DNA of 64,000 bases from an uncultured Bdellovibrionales bacterium (lineage in GTDB: Bacteria > Patescibacteriota > Minisyncoccia > Moranbacterales > GWC2-37-73), in NCBI GenBank assembly GCA_964484505.1, contig CAZAFB010000002.1, positions 9,679-73,678 on the forward strand. The letters run 5' to 3'. Of this stretch, positions 38,582 through 49,104 are shown one piece after another. The position numbers were made by a program, and so were the translations under genes. Position 1 is the stretch's first letter, and every line of letters starts with the position of its first letter. Under the pieces are notes generated by a model. It searched no databases and was not told where the DNA came from. It was given only the letters and a program-made list of their open reading frames with translations.

Positions 38582-39078
38582 AATTTTTTTAAAGCTATGA
38601 GCGGTGGAAATTCAAATAAGCACTAGCCAAAAATATCAATTGCGACTTTTGAGCCGTTTTTTTTATTGGATTTTCTTTGGGGATACCACTTGGTCAAAGA
38701 ACCATTTATGAGAATACAAACTATAACCCTATACTTGCGTGTGCTTGCATAAGGAAACAGATTTATTCTGCGAAACAAGGTTAGCCTTTAACTTGGTCGA
38801 TGGAATATTGGCACTGTGCGTTATACTCCGAGGTTGAGTTTTCCCCTTCCTATGGCAGGGTTATTCTTTTCAACGTCTTTTTGGGTCAGTGCGGTGAGGT
38901 TCGGCTTTCCAGCCGTCCTCGTTTAGTCGAGGGACTTTTTACAAGAAAGAACTAATTGCCCTCTAAATGGCTTTTGGTTCAGTTATACCCGCATCCTTTC
39001 GGATACTTGTTTCGGTTTCTTTGAAGTCGTTTTTATTATAGCGTGCTTTTATCTAAAGGTAAAAAATATTAGTTGAAA

Positions 39079-39684
39079 TCAAATATTGCCGTAAACCCTG
39101 AGTGCTAAAAATGAAATTCCAAGCAGGGCAATTATTATTTCAGCCACAAAAAGCCTGCTATTTATTTTAGAGTCTGGATTTATTTTTTGATTGTTAAAGT
39201 TTATTGCTTGTTGAATTGCTAACAATGGAAAAATTCTTAAAAATGTAATAAGAAAAACCAGATTATCAGCTCGATTGAAAAGAATAGCAAAAATGTAAAA
39301 AAGATATAGCCCCAATATTGAGAAGTTGGTTTTATATCCTAATTCTTTCGCTGATTTGATAATCCTACCAAACAGGCTATAGCAATAAAAAAGGTTAAAA
39401 ATCGGCAAGGCTCTTATTCCAGCAGACATACTAAAAAATGCTTTTTCTTTTTTTTCTTGAGCAAATATTTTCTGCCAATTTTTGTAAAACCAATAAAAAT
39501 CGTAAAGTCCGAGTGAAATAATAGACATTATGGCTAACTTTATTAGAGATACTGAAAAATATTCTATTGCTGTGGAATTTTTCTTTTCAAGTGATTCCTT
39601 TTCTTCCTTCTGCCATTCTCCACAAAAACGACATTTCGTGGCTTCTGATTGAATTTGTTCTCCGCAAAATTTACAGGTTTTCAT
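39079..39684 (-). CDS. Zinc-ribbon domain membrane protein (island cargo)
   Basis: N-terminal CxxC...CxxC zinc ribbon (MKTCKFCGEQIQSEATKCRFCGEW). Followed by several hydrophobic helices. Confidence 0.45.
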   Translation of the reverse strand: MKTCKFCGEQIQSEATKCRFCGEWQKEEKESLEKKNSTAIEYFSVSLIKLAIMSIISLGLYDFYWFYKNWQKIFAQEKKEKAFFSMSAGIRALPIFNLFYCYSLFGRIIKSAKELGYKTNFSILGLYLFYIFAILFNRADNLVFLITFLRIFPLLAIQQAINFNNQKINPDSKINSRLFVAEIIIALLGISFLALRVYGNI

Positions 39685-39707
39685 TTTTTTTATTAAAATT
39701 ATTTTAG

Positions 39708-40091
39708 TTAATTTCCAAATGGTCGTGGCTCTGGCGGTGGTTCACTTGGGATATTATCTGGAAAATAATCAAATCCAACGCCAGCATAAATATCATCTCC
39801 TCTTTTCCAATTTTCGCATTCCACCTTTAGCCTAATGTAGACAGGATTATCCTTTTTTAAGTAGCAGGCAATTCCCATTGCTTCCATTGTTTTTTTCTTT
39901 TGCTCATTCCATAATCTCGTCTCTTTCCCATCAGAAGTAAAGTATGGCTTATAGGCATATGTGTAAATAATGGGAATGGTTAGAATGCAAATCAACCAAA
40001 TAAACACTAGGCGTGTTTTTTTATCTAGCGTGTTTTTCGATTTAAAAAAGGCGAAAGTCAGCAGAATAATAGCAAAAAATAATGAACCCAT
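39708..40091 (-). CDS. Hypothetical membrane protein (island cargo)
   Basis: 127-aa ORF with two N-terminal TM helices and a Pro-rich C-terminus (PSEPPPEPRPFGN). Confidence 0.4.
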   Translation of the reverse strand: MGSLFFAIILLTFAFFKSKNTLDKKTRLVFIWLICILTIPIIYTYAYKPYFTSDGKETRLWNEQKKKTMEAMGIACYLKKDNPVYIRLKVECENWKRGDDIYAGVGFDYFPDNIPSEPPPEPRPFGN

Positions 40092-40357
40092 ATTTTTAAA
40101 ATTATTTTTTAACCAAACAAAAAAGGACAGCCGAGCTGTTCAACCATAACGTTCATCCCAAGGGAATCCCGATTACGGAACTCGGACTGCCCCTTACTAC
40201 CCACAATCGGGCGTAAAGACACAATCTCCCTTAGGAAATTTAGTTATGGTTGAACACTTATAGCTTACTATAGATAATCAGCAAAAACAAGGACTTCCAA
40301 GATTGCTTCTGAACGTAATTTGGGGTAAATTAAAGATACAGAAATAACAATAAAACT

Positions 40358-41047
40358 ATGGATTTAACACCAGACCAACGAAGAAAATGGGTTATTGAAA
40401 AAATTGTAAATAATTTTAAGAATTATCCCAAAATAAGTAGCAAGACTTGGTATAAAGTCGACACCCAAGAAAGCGACCCCCCACCAGAAACACAAAGAGA
40501 TATTGTTGAAAAAATATTGGAGGTTTTTGAAGCCATAAAAATTTTAAGCAGAAAAGAATCAAGAAGTGGAAAAAAAACCAAAAAAGAGGAAACGAACTGG
40601 TATGACATTGAAATTGTAAGTCCAAAATTTGATGAACTATGTGAAGAATATGGCATAAAATTTGAGAGGCGTATTAACAAAAAAGACTGCTACTATGTGA
40701 GCATACTGGCAACCAGAGTAATCGCATTAAATGATAAATACAGACTTTCAAAACCGAATGTCGAATCAGAAAATGACCATTTTTTTAATTATGTCTTCCA
40801 CAATCCTAATAAGTTGATTTTAAGGGAAGAGATTGAGAGAAATGAGAACGCAACCATAGGAAAAGATTTTCATCACATATTAAATGACCTTGGATTCAGA
40901 AATGAATTACGAAAATTATTTTTTGAAGTTTCTAAAAATGCTGTAAAATTTAGAAATTTCATTCCAAAAAATAGAATGGAAGAATTTGGGATAGATTCAA
41001 ATAAACTTACTAATAATATTTCAAAGCTAAAAAGCATTGGTGAGTAA
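40358..41047 (+). CDS. Hypothetical protein (island cargo)
   Basis: 229-aa ORF, plus strand, preceded by a long non-coding structured region. Confidence 0.4.
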   Translation: MDLTPDQRRKWVIEKIVNNFKNYPKISSKTWYKVDTQESDPPPETQRDIVEKILEVFEAIKILSRKESRSGKKTKKEETNWYDIEIVSPKFDELCEEYGIKFERRINKKDCYYVSILATRVIALNDKYRLSKPNVESENDHFFNYVFHNPNKLILREEIERNENATIGKDFHHILNDLGFRNELRKLFFEVSKNAVKFRNFIPKNRMEEFGIDSNKLTNNISKLKSIGE

Positions 41048-41346
41048 GAAACATTAAGAAGTATTAAGAAATACTATTGAATAATTAAGAAGTAGCAAGA
41101 TTAAAAGGTAAAATATTTTCACTTAAAGTAGGCTAGATATAGTCTACTTTTTTAATTTTCTAAAATTCTATGCAATTGACCGCCGAACAAGTGAATAGCT
41201 ACAGACTTCTGCACAAAAAGCTTTTCGGTGTGGAAATTAGCGAAGACGAAGCCTATGAACAAGGAATGAATCTTGCCTGTTTCTTTGAGTTTCTCTTGAA
41301 ACCCACTGACAGCAACAAGGAAAACTAATTATTAAAAATCAAAAAA

Positions 41347-41652
41347 ATGGAAAACATTAGTCAGGAAAAAATAATTGAAAATCTAAAAAGATGCTCGCAT
41401 TTTGAAAGATGCTCGCAAAATCTTTGCCCGCTTGATTTAGAGCTTTCACTGCGGGTTGGGGCTACACGAGATGAATGCCGTTATATGCGAAGACCTAGGC
41501 AGGTAAAAATTGGCGGTAAGGAATTTGTATCAGGAGGCACTGTTGCTCCAGATGCTGTCCTAAATTTTACGCCTAGCGAGAACTTAGACCGCCTAAACGA
41601 GTCGTCAAAAAAGAGATGGGAAGAACTTAATAAATTAAAGCCAAAAAAATGA
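41347..41652 (+). CDS. Hypothetical Cys-containing small protein (island cargo)
   Basis: 101-aa ORF with CSHFERCSQNLC. Its stop overlaps the start of the next ORF (atga at 41649-41652). Confidence 0.4.
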   Translation: MENISQEKIIENLKRCSHFERCSQNLCPLDLELSLRVGATRDECRYMRRPRQVKIGGKEFVSGGTVAPDAVLNFTPSENLDRLNESSKKRWEELNKLKPKK

Positions 41653-41981
41653 AAATAAACTTCACCGAACTGGAAGTCAGAATTAAAAAGGTTGCCGACA
41701 AAGCCAAGCACCCGAATCTTCTAGCCTATGTAACCGTTATTTTAAGAAATGATACGGGCGACTACCTTTCAATCACTGGCTTCACTGTATGGAAGAGCAA
41801 GTTTGAAAATGGCGGGCTAAATGTTGAAGAGCCAGGCAAACGAGGGTTTAAATATGTTTTATCTGAAAAATCATTCGAGGAAAAATTGAAAAGAGAAATC
41901 TTGGCAAAATATGAATATGCAGAAATTCCAATAGTGGGAGAAAGCCCAAATGATGAAATAAACATTGATGAAATTTTCTGA
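41649..41981 (+). CDS. Hypothetical protein (island cargo), translationally coupled to 41347..41652
   Basis: 110-aa ORF with a 4-nt overlap with the upstream gene. Confidence 0.4.
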   Translation: MKINFTELEVRIKKVADKAKHPNLLAYVTVILRNDTGDYLSITGFTVWKSKFENGGLNVEEPGKRGFKYVLSEKSFEEKLKREILAKYEYAEIPIVGESPNDEINIDEIF

Positions 41982-42102
41982 TTCGTTCGCTTACATTCCC
42001 TATAGTTTATTACTAGATATAATCTATAGTCTTATTTCCCTCTAAATGTAAGAGAAATAAACTAAATTGCTAAACTGAAACTAGAACTACTAAGCAGTTA
42101 TT

Positions 42103-43728
42103 ATGAGCAAAAGAATATCGGACGAGAAAATTAAATACTTTGCCTACATCCGTAAAAGTAGCGATAGGGACGATGCACAGACTTTGAGCTTAAAAGCCCA
42201 AAGACGAGAATTGAAAAGTTTTGCGGAAAAACACAATCTGAAAATCGTGGCTACTTTTGAGGAGTCCGCATCTGCTTATAAAATAGGTCGTCCCCAATTC
42301 AACAAGATGCTTGCGGAAATCGAGAAAGGCAAAGCTAACGCTATCCTGGTTTATCACCTTACCCGTATTGCCAGAAACAGCTTTGATGGTGGCAGGGTAA
42401 TTTATATGATGGACGAGGGGCTTATCAAAGAAATCAAGACACCCGAAAAGGCGTATTGTGCCAGTATTGGAGATGACAAATTTATAATGCAAATTCATTT
42501 CGCTATGGCGAAAAAATCTTCGGACGACACCAGCCAATTCGTGAAACGAGACATTCAAAGCAAAATTCTCAAAGGCGAATACCCAGTTTCCGCACCCATC
42601 GGATATTTGAATTTAGACGAGTTCGGAAGAATAGCTGGAAAGCGTTTTGATAATAAAAAACAAGAGCTAATAGAAAATTGCATCAAGACGGAAAAAAGGA
42701 AACCAAAAAGAATCGAGCAAGACCCGATTTTAGCTCCGATAATCAAAGAACTATTTCAACTTTACGCCAGTGAAAAACATTCGCTGGACAACTTGCGATA
42801 TAAATCACTGGAATTGGGAATCAAGGGGGTTAGAAACGACAATCAACTCACGAAATCGACTCTGGTCAGAATGTTAACAAATCCTATTTATTACGGGGCT
42901 ATACCTTGGAAAGGCGAAATTCACGAGCCAGAACAACTCCCAGAAGAAAGCAGGCATATTCCGATTATTGATAAGAAACTTTTTTCAGAAGTTCAATCTA
43001 TACTCAACAATAAATCCAGACCACGAGGGCAAGTCCATAATTTCGAATACACGGGACTTATGCGATGCGGTGAATGTGGGTCAATGATAACCGCCGAAAC
43101 CAAAAAGGGCTTCATTTATTACCGATGCACGAAGAAACGAGGCATCTGTTCCCAAAAATACCTTCGAGAAGATGAGCTTGAAAAACAACTCCACAACAAT
43201 ATGCTCGAATACATTATCCCCCAGGAATTTGCACAATGGGCTTTGGAAGTTCTAAACACCAATAATGCCAATGAGGACAGGAAAAGGAAAGCTATCTTGC
43301 TTCAACAAAGAAACCAGCTCACACACATTGAGCAACAACTTGGAAACCTCCTCAAGCTTAAAATTTCGCCCAGCAATATGAACGGCGAGCTTATTTCAGA
43401 CGAAGAGTATATAGACCAGAAGAGCGTATTGCTGTCCGAAAAAAAGACCATAAACGAAAAACTTTCTGATATTGAGCAGAATATGGAAAATTGGCTCGAA
43501 CAATGCGAGCAATTCTTTGATTTGGCTGTAAATTGCGAAAAAAAGTGGAATCAGAACAATCCTGGCAACAGAAAAGGAGTTTTTGCTTTTATGTTCGGCT
43601 CGAACAGCCTTTTAATAGACCAAAAAGTCCTATTTAAAGCCAAAAAGCCGTTATTTAAAACAGCTCTTTTAGCTAAATCGTCTAATTGGCGGGAGCGACG
43701 GGACTCGAACCCGCGACCTACTGCGTGA
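42103..43728 (+). CDS. Large serine recombinase (resolvase-type N-terminal catalytic domain, recombinase domain, zinc-ribbon, coiled coil)
   Basis: N-terminal YIRKSS...DAQTLSLKAQ...LVYHLTRIARN (catalytic Ser / resolvase fold). Central recombinase region, CGECGSMITAE...YYRCTKK zinc ribbon and a C-terminal coiled coil. The last 14 codons overlap tRNA-Asp on the opposite strand. Confidence 0.8.
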   Translation: MSKRISDEKIKYFAYIRKSSDRDDAQTLSLKAQRRELKSFAEKHNLKIVATFEESASAYKIGRPQFNKMLAEIEKGKANAILVYHLTRIARNSFDGGRVIYMMDEGLIKEIKTPEKAYCASIGDDKFIMQIHFAMAKKSSDDTSQFVKRDIQSKILKGEYPVSAPIGYLNLDEFGRIAGKRFDNKKQELIENCIKTEKRKPKRIEQDPILAPIIKELFQLYASEKHSLDNLRYKSLELGIKGVRNDNQLTKSTLVRMLTNPIYYGAIPWKGEIHEPEQLPEESRHIPIIDKKLFSEVQSILNNKSRPRGQVHNFEYTGLMRCGECGSMITAETKKGFIYYRCTKKRGICSQKYLREDELEKQLHNNMLEYIIPQEFAQWALEVLNTNNANEDRKRKAILLQQRNQLTHIEQQLGNLLKLKISPSNMNGELISDEEYIDQKSVLLSEKKTINEKLSDIEQNMENWLEQCEQFFDLAVNCEKKWNQNNPGNRKGVFAFMFGSNSLLIDQKVLFKAKKPLFKTALLAKSSNWRERRDSNPRPTA

Positions 43729-43762
43729 CAGGCAGTCGCTCTAACCAGCTGAGCTACGCCCC
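43687..43762 (-). tRNA. tRNA-Asp (anticodon GTC)
   Basis: Reverse complement gives GGGGCGTAGCTCAGCTGGTTAGAGCGACTGCCTGTCACGCAGTAGGTCGCGGGTTCGAGTCCCGTCGCTCCCGCCA. Cloverleaf has anticodon stem ACTGC/GCAGT, loop CTGTCAC, a T-arm GGTTCGAGTCC and an encoded CCA. Confidence 0.85.
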
Positions 43763-43786
43763 CATCATTAACCCCTCACACCTTTG

Positions 43787-43860
43787 TACCAGGGGAGAGA
43801 TTCGAACTCTCGACCCCAGGCTTATGAGTCCTGTGCTCTAACCAACTGAGCTACCCTGGC
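43787..43860 (-). tRNA. tRNA with CAT anticodon (elongator Met, or Ile2/lysidine type)
   Basis: Reverse complement gives GCCAGGGTAGCTCAGTTGGTTAGAGCACAGGACTCATAAGCCTGGGGTCGAGAGTTCGAATCTCTCCCCTGGTA. Anticodon loop CTCATAA, T-arm GAGAGTTCGAATCTCTC, G1-U72 wobble and no encoded CCA. Confidence 0.75.
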
Positions 43861-43893
43861 TCAAAAATGCGAAGGGGTAATTTTTAACTTTGT

Positions 43894-43966
43894 TGCGGGG
43901 GGCGGATTCGAACCGCCGACCTCGTGGTTATGAGCCACGCGAGCTGCCAGACTGCTCCACCCCGCT
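43894..43966 (-). tRNA. Initiator-like tRNA-fMet (CAT)
   Basis: Reverse complement gives AGCGGGGTGGAGCAGTCTGGCAGCTCGCGTGGCTCATAACCACGAGGTCGGCGGTTCGAATCCGCCCCCCGCAA. It closely resembles the E. coli initiator tRNA (CGCGGGGTGGAGCAGCCTGGTAGCTCG.CGGGCTCATAACCCGAAGGTCGTCGGTTCAAATCCGGCCCCCGCAACCA), including the mismatched 1-72 pair. Confidence 0.75.
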
Positions 43967-44087
43967 ATATAAAAATAACGCTTTTTTTCAAGCATTTCCC
44001 ATTATACACCAACTTCCATGACTGTCAATATCAACAGCTCTATAAATTTCCGTATTTTTCCGTAAATTCCAGTATTTTTCTGTACGT

Positions 44088-44636
44088 TTATAAGAATTCC
44101 AGATACCTCAAGAAAGTTTCGAAAGTCTTAATGGTAGATTCAGCCAGATCACGATCCACTTTGAACGTTTCGTCATGCACGATACGGTTACGAACTTCGT
44201 GTACCCGTTGCAAATCATCAGTCATATAATCAAGTTGATCCGGCCTGATTGTAGCCAAACGTTCGCCCATATTGGCACCTTTGTACCCGATTCCCGCCAA
44301 AATCTCATCAGCGATAGCGTCCGCTTCAATTATTGCAACTTTATATTGGGATTCATTTCCATCTCCAAGCCTAGCAATGACTTTGTCCCAACGTTTTTGC
44401 ATTTTACTTTTGGAAGCAAGTGGGATATCCGATCCTCTCATAGTCACGCGATAATTTGCTGTCACTCCGCGCATCATCAAAAGCATCACCAGATTTATAA
44501 ACACGATGATTGTATATGCCATTAAAAATATTTTAATGACAATCAAAATCCAGGAATGAGAAAACCATTCCCAGCCGTTTAATACTGAAAAAAATATCGA
44601 TTCCGCACCTGGTTGATTTGCGCTAGAAAAATCCAT
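44088..44636 (-). CDS. Hypothetical membrane protein
   Basis: 182-aa ORF with an N-terminal hydrophobic region (WILIVIKIFLMAYTIIVFINLVMLLMM) and a soluble C-terminal domain. Confidence 0.4.
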   Translation of the reverse strand: MDFSSANQPGAESIFFSVLNGWEWFSHSWILIVIKIFLMAYTIIVFINLVMLLMMRGVTANYRVTMRGSDIPLASKSKMQKRWDKVIARLGDGNESQYKVAIIEADAIADEILAGIGYKGANMGERLATIRPDQLDYMTDDLQRVHEVRNRIVHDETFKVDRDLAESTIKTFETFLRYLEFL

Positions 44637-44744
44637 ATGTTACGAACTACGAATTTAAATTCTACGAAATACGAATTTTTGCAAATGCACGAAGCCTAAA
44701 ATCTCACACGTTTGTACTTTCGTATTGTTCGTAATTCGTAGAGA

Positions 44745-46208
44745 CTAACTAATTTCGTACGCGTGCACAGCATTCAAAAGCCCTTCTTCATCAAACCACT
44801 TGCCCATCAACTGCCCTCCGATTGGCAATCCGCCAGCTGGCGGATTGCCATCCGTTGGGACTGTGCCGATCGGGAAAGATATGGCTGGCACACCGGCAAG
44901 ATTAGCAGTGATTGTATAAATATCGGACAAATACATCTTGAGAGGATCGTTTGTTTTTTCGCCAAACTTAAATGCGACTTCTGGAGCAGTCGGGGAATAA
45001 ATGAAGTCAACTTTTTTAAATGCTTCTTCAAAATCTTTTCGGATAAGCGCGCGAACCTTCTGCGCCTTAAGATAATAAGCATCATAATATCCGGCGCTGA
45101 GCGCATATGTTCCGAGCATGATACGGCGCTTAACCTCATCACCAAGCCCAATTTTTCTTGTATCCAAATATGTTTCCAAAAGACTGCGAGGAATACCGCT
45201 TTCCGGAACATCGGAATCAACCTGATCATTGACTCGCATGCCATACTTTATTCCATCAAATTTTGCCAAATTGGAACTAACTTCGCTCGTCATGATAATG
45301 TAATACACAGGCAAGGAATATTTCACGTTTGACAAGCTTATAATTTCAACCGTAGCTCCCAATGACTTAAACTTTTCAACCGATTGCTCGAATACTTTTT
45401 TTATATTTTCATCCAACCCCTCCATATATTCCTGCGGGATGCCAATTTTTTTTCCTTTGATTTCTCCGGTTAAATATTCTTCATAACTTTTTTCGGAACT
45501 TTGTGCGGAAGTTGCATCTTTTTTGTCTTCTCCTGCGATAGCACTCAAAACAATAGCAGCATCCTCGGCTGTTTTTGTCAGTGGACCTATCTGATCAAGG
45601 CTCGAGCCCATAGCGATAGCACCATAGCGAGAAACTCTTCCATATGTTGGTTTCAAACCTACTAAACCACAAAAAGACGCAGGCTGACGTATCGACCCTC
45701 CTGTGTCGGTACCGAGTGCCCACACTGCTTCACCAGCAGCTACTGCTGCCGCACTTCCGCCCGAAGATCCTCCTGGTACACGTTCCGTATCGACCGGATT
45801 TTTAGTAACTTTATAGGCACTACTTTCAGTGGAAGAACCCATGGCAAACTCGTCTTGATTAACTTTACCTAAAATGACAGCTCCTCGCTCCTTCAGTTTT
45901 CTGATTACTGTCGCATCATAAGGAGCGATATAATTATCAAGTATTTTCGATCCAGCCGTAGTTCTCACCCCCTCTATGCAAATCATGTCTTTGATTGCCC
46001 CAGGAATTCCTTCCAATAATCCTATTTTTTCTCCACGTGCGATTTTTTCGTCAACAAAGACGGCTTGCTGCATTGCAAGGTCTCTGGTCAATGTTAAATA
46101 TGCTCCAATCTCACCATCCTTTTTTTCAATCGCATCAAAATATTGCTCCGTAAGTTTTACGGATGTTATTTCTTTGTTTATAAGTTTGTTATGAAGTTCT
46201 TTAATCAT
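44745..46208 (-). CDS. gatA: Glutamyl/aspartyl-tRNA amidotransferase subunit A (amidase family)
   Basis: Amidase signature GGSSGGSAAAVAAGEAVWALGTDTGGSIRQPASFCGLVGLKPTYGRVSRYG. Its length and the upstream gatC support the call. The ORF track starts at 46232, but the likely start is MIKELHNKLINKEI (46208). Confidence 0.85.
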   Translation of the reverse strand: MIKELHNKLINKEITSVKLTEQYFDAIEKKDGEIGAYLTLTRDLAMQQAVFVDEKIARGEKIGLLEGIPGAIKDMICIEGVRTTAGSKILDNYIAPYDATVIRKLKERGAVILGKVNQDEFAMGSSTESSAYKVTKNPVDTERVPGGSSGGSAAAVAAGEAVWALGTDTGGSIRQPASFCGLVGLKPTYGRVSRYGAIAMGSSLDQIGPLTKTAEDAAIVLSAIAGEDKKDATSAQSSEKSYEEYLTGEIKGKKIGIPQEYMEGLDENIKKVFEQSVEKFKSLGATVEIISLSNVKYSLPVYYIIMTSEVSSNLAKFDGIKYGMRVNDQVDSDVPESGIPRSLLETYLDTRKIGLGDEVKRRIMLGTYALSAGYYDAYYLKAQKVRALIRKDFEEAFKKVDFIYSPTAPEVAFKFGEKTNDPLKMYLSDIYTITANLAGVPAISFPIGTVPTDGNPPAGGLPIGGQLMGKWFDEEGLLNAVHAYEIS

Positions 46209-46307
46209 TTCGCATGGGCTACAAACATACAAATTTTTACAAAAATACGAAAAGTTGAACGCGAAATTTTGTATTTTTGTAATTTTTTGTAATTTCGTAG
46301 TGATATT

Positions 46308-46595
46308 TTACAACACACTCTTAACCTTAATGTAGCCGTCTTTCGTCTCTGGTGCGTTCTCGAGAATCGCATCCTTGCCGATTGAACCAAAATCTTCAGC
46401 TTCGTCGTGGCGCATACGGTCGGTCATGCCCGTAATGTGCCCTATCGACTCAACATCATCCGTATCCAATTCTTCCAACTGTTTGAAATAATCCAAAATC
46501 GCCGAAAGATCTTTCTGATATGATTCGACATCCGCCTCATGCAAGCCTATACGGGCAAGCGCAGCAATATTTACGATTTCATCACGTGTTAACAT
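46308..46595 (-). CDS. gatC: Glutamyl/aspartyl-tRNA amidotransferase subunit C
   Basis: 95-aa protein MLTRDEIVNIAALARIGLHEADVESYQKDLSAILDYFKQLEELDTDDVE, immediately upstream of gatA. Confidence 0.8.
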   Translation of the reverse strand: MLTRDEIVNIAALARIGLHEADVESYQKDLSAILDYFKQLEELDTDDVESIGHITGMTDRMRHDEAEDFGSIGKDAILENAPETKDGYIKVKSVL

Positions 46596-46640
46596 AAGCT
46601 AAAAAATTTCAAACTTACTTTCAGTAATTCACCAAATTTA

Positions 46641-46750
46641 TAATTCACCTAATTCATCTAATAAAATGTCAAATTCACAAATGTCTAAAGCATGCCCTAT
46701 TTGATTATTTGGAATTTTATTAGGTGAATTAGGCAATTAGGTGAATTTTG
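46641..46750. repeat. Palindromic MITE-like intergenic repeat, copy B (arms taattcacctaattcatctaataaaat / attttattaggtgaattaggcaattaggtgaatt), with an additional partial arm at 46771-46790
   Basis: Same arm sequences as copy A at 37271-37366, with a different internal spacer. It lies between the ligA stop and the gatC start. Confidence 0.7.
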
Positions 46751-46810
46751 AATTCAAAATATGATAAATTGATAATTAGGCGAATTTGTTTAGCAATCAA
46801 ATGTTGCTAA

Positions 46811-49021
<2,211 letters not shown>

Positions 49022-49104
49022 TTATACCCCGTACTTCAAAACAAGGGAATAAAAAAACAAAAGTCGCCACAAGGACGACTCCTGAGTGTTTTCTTTTTTG
49101 TAGC

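Larger units (their letters stand above)
37800..43728. mobile_element. Probable integrated mobile/genomic island (low GC, hypothetical genes, large serine recombinase abutting tRNA-Asp); left boundary approximate
   Basis: Noticeably more AT-rich than the flanks. It contains only hypothetical small proteins plus a large serine recombinase (42103..43728) whose 3' end overlaps tRNA-Asp. The flanks are housekeeping genes (gyrB side; tRNA cluster and gatCA side). Confidence 0.45.

Noticed and set aside
42190-42746. Minus-strand ORFs (122 and 63 aa) inside the serine recombinase gene
   Set aside because: They are antisense to a well-supported recombinase ORF with conserved catalytic motifs.
44763-45332. 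189-aa plus-strand ORF and 145-aa minus ORF inside gatA
   Set aside because: They overlap a gene with an unambiguous amidase signature. They have no independent support.
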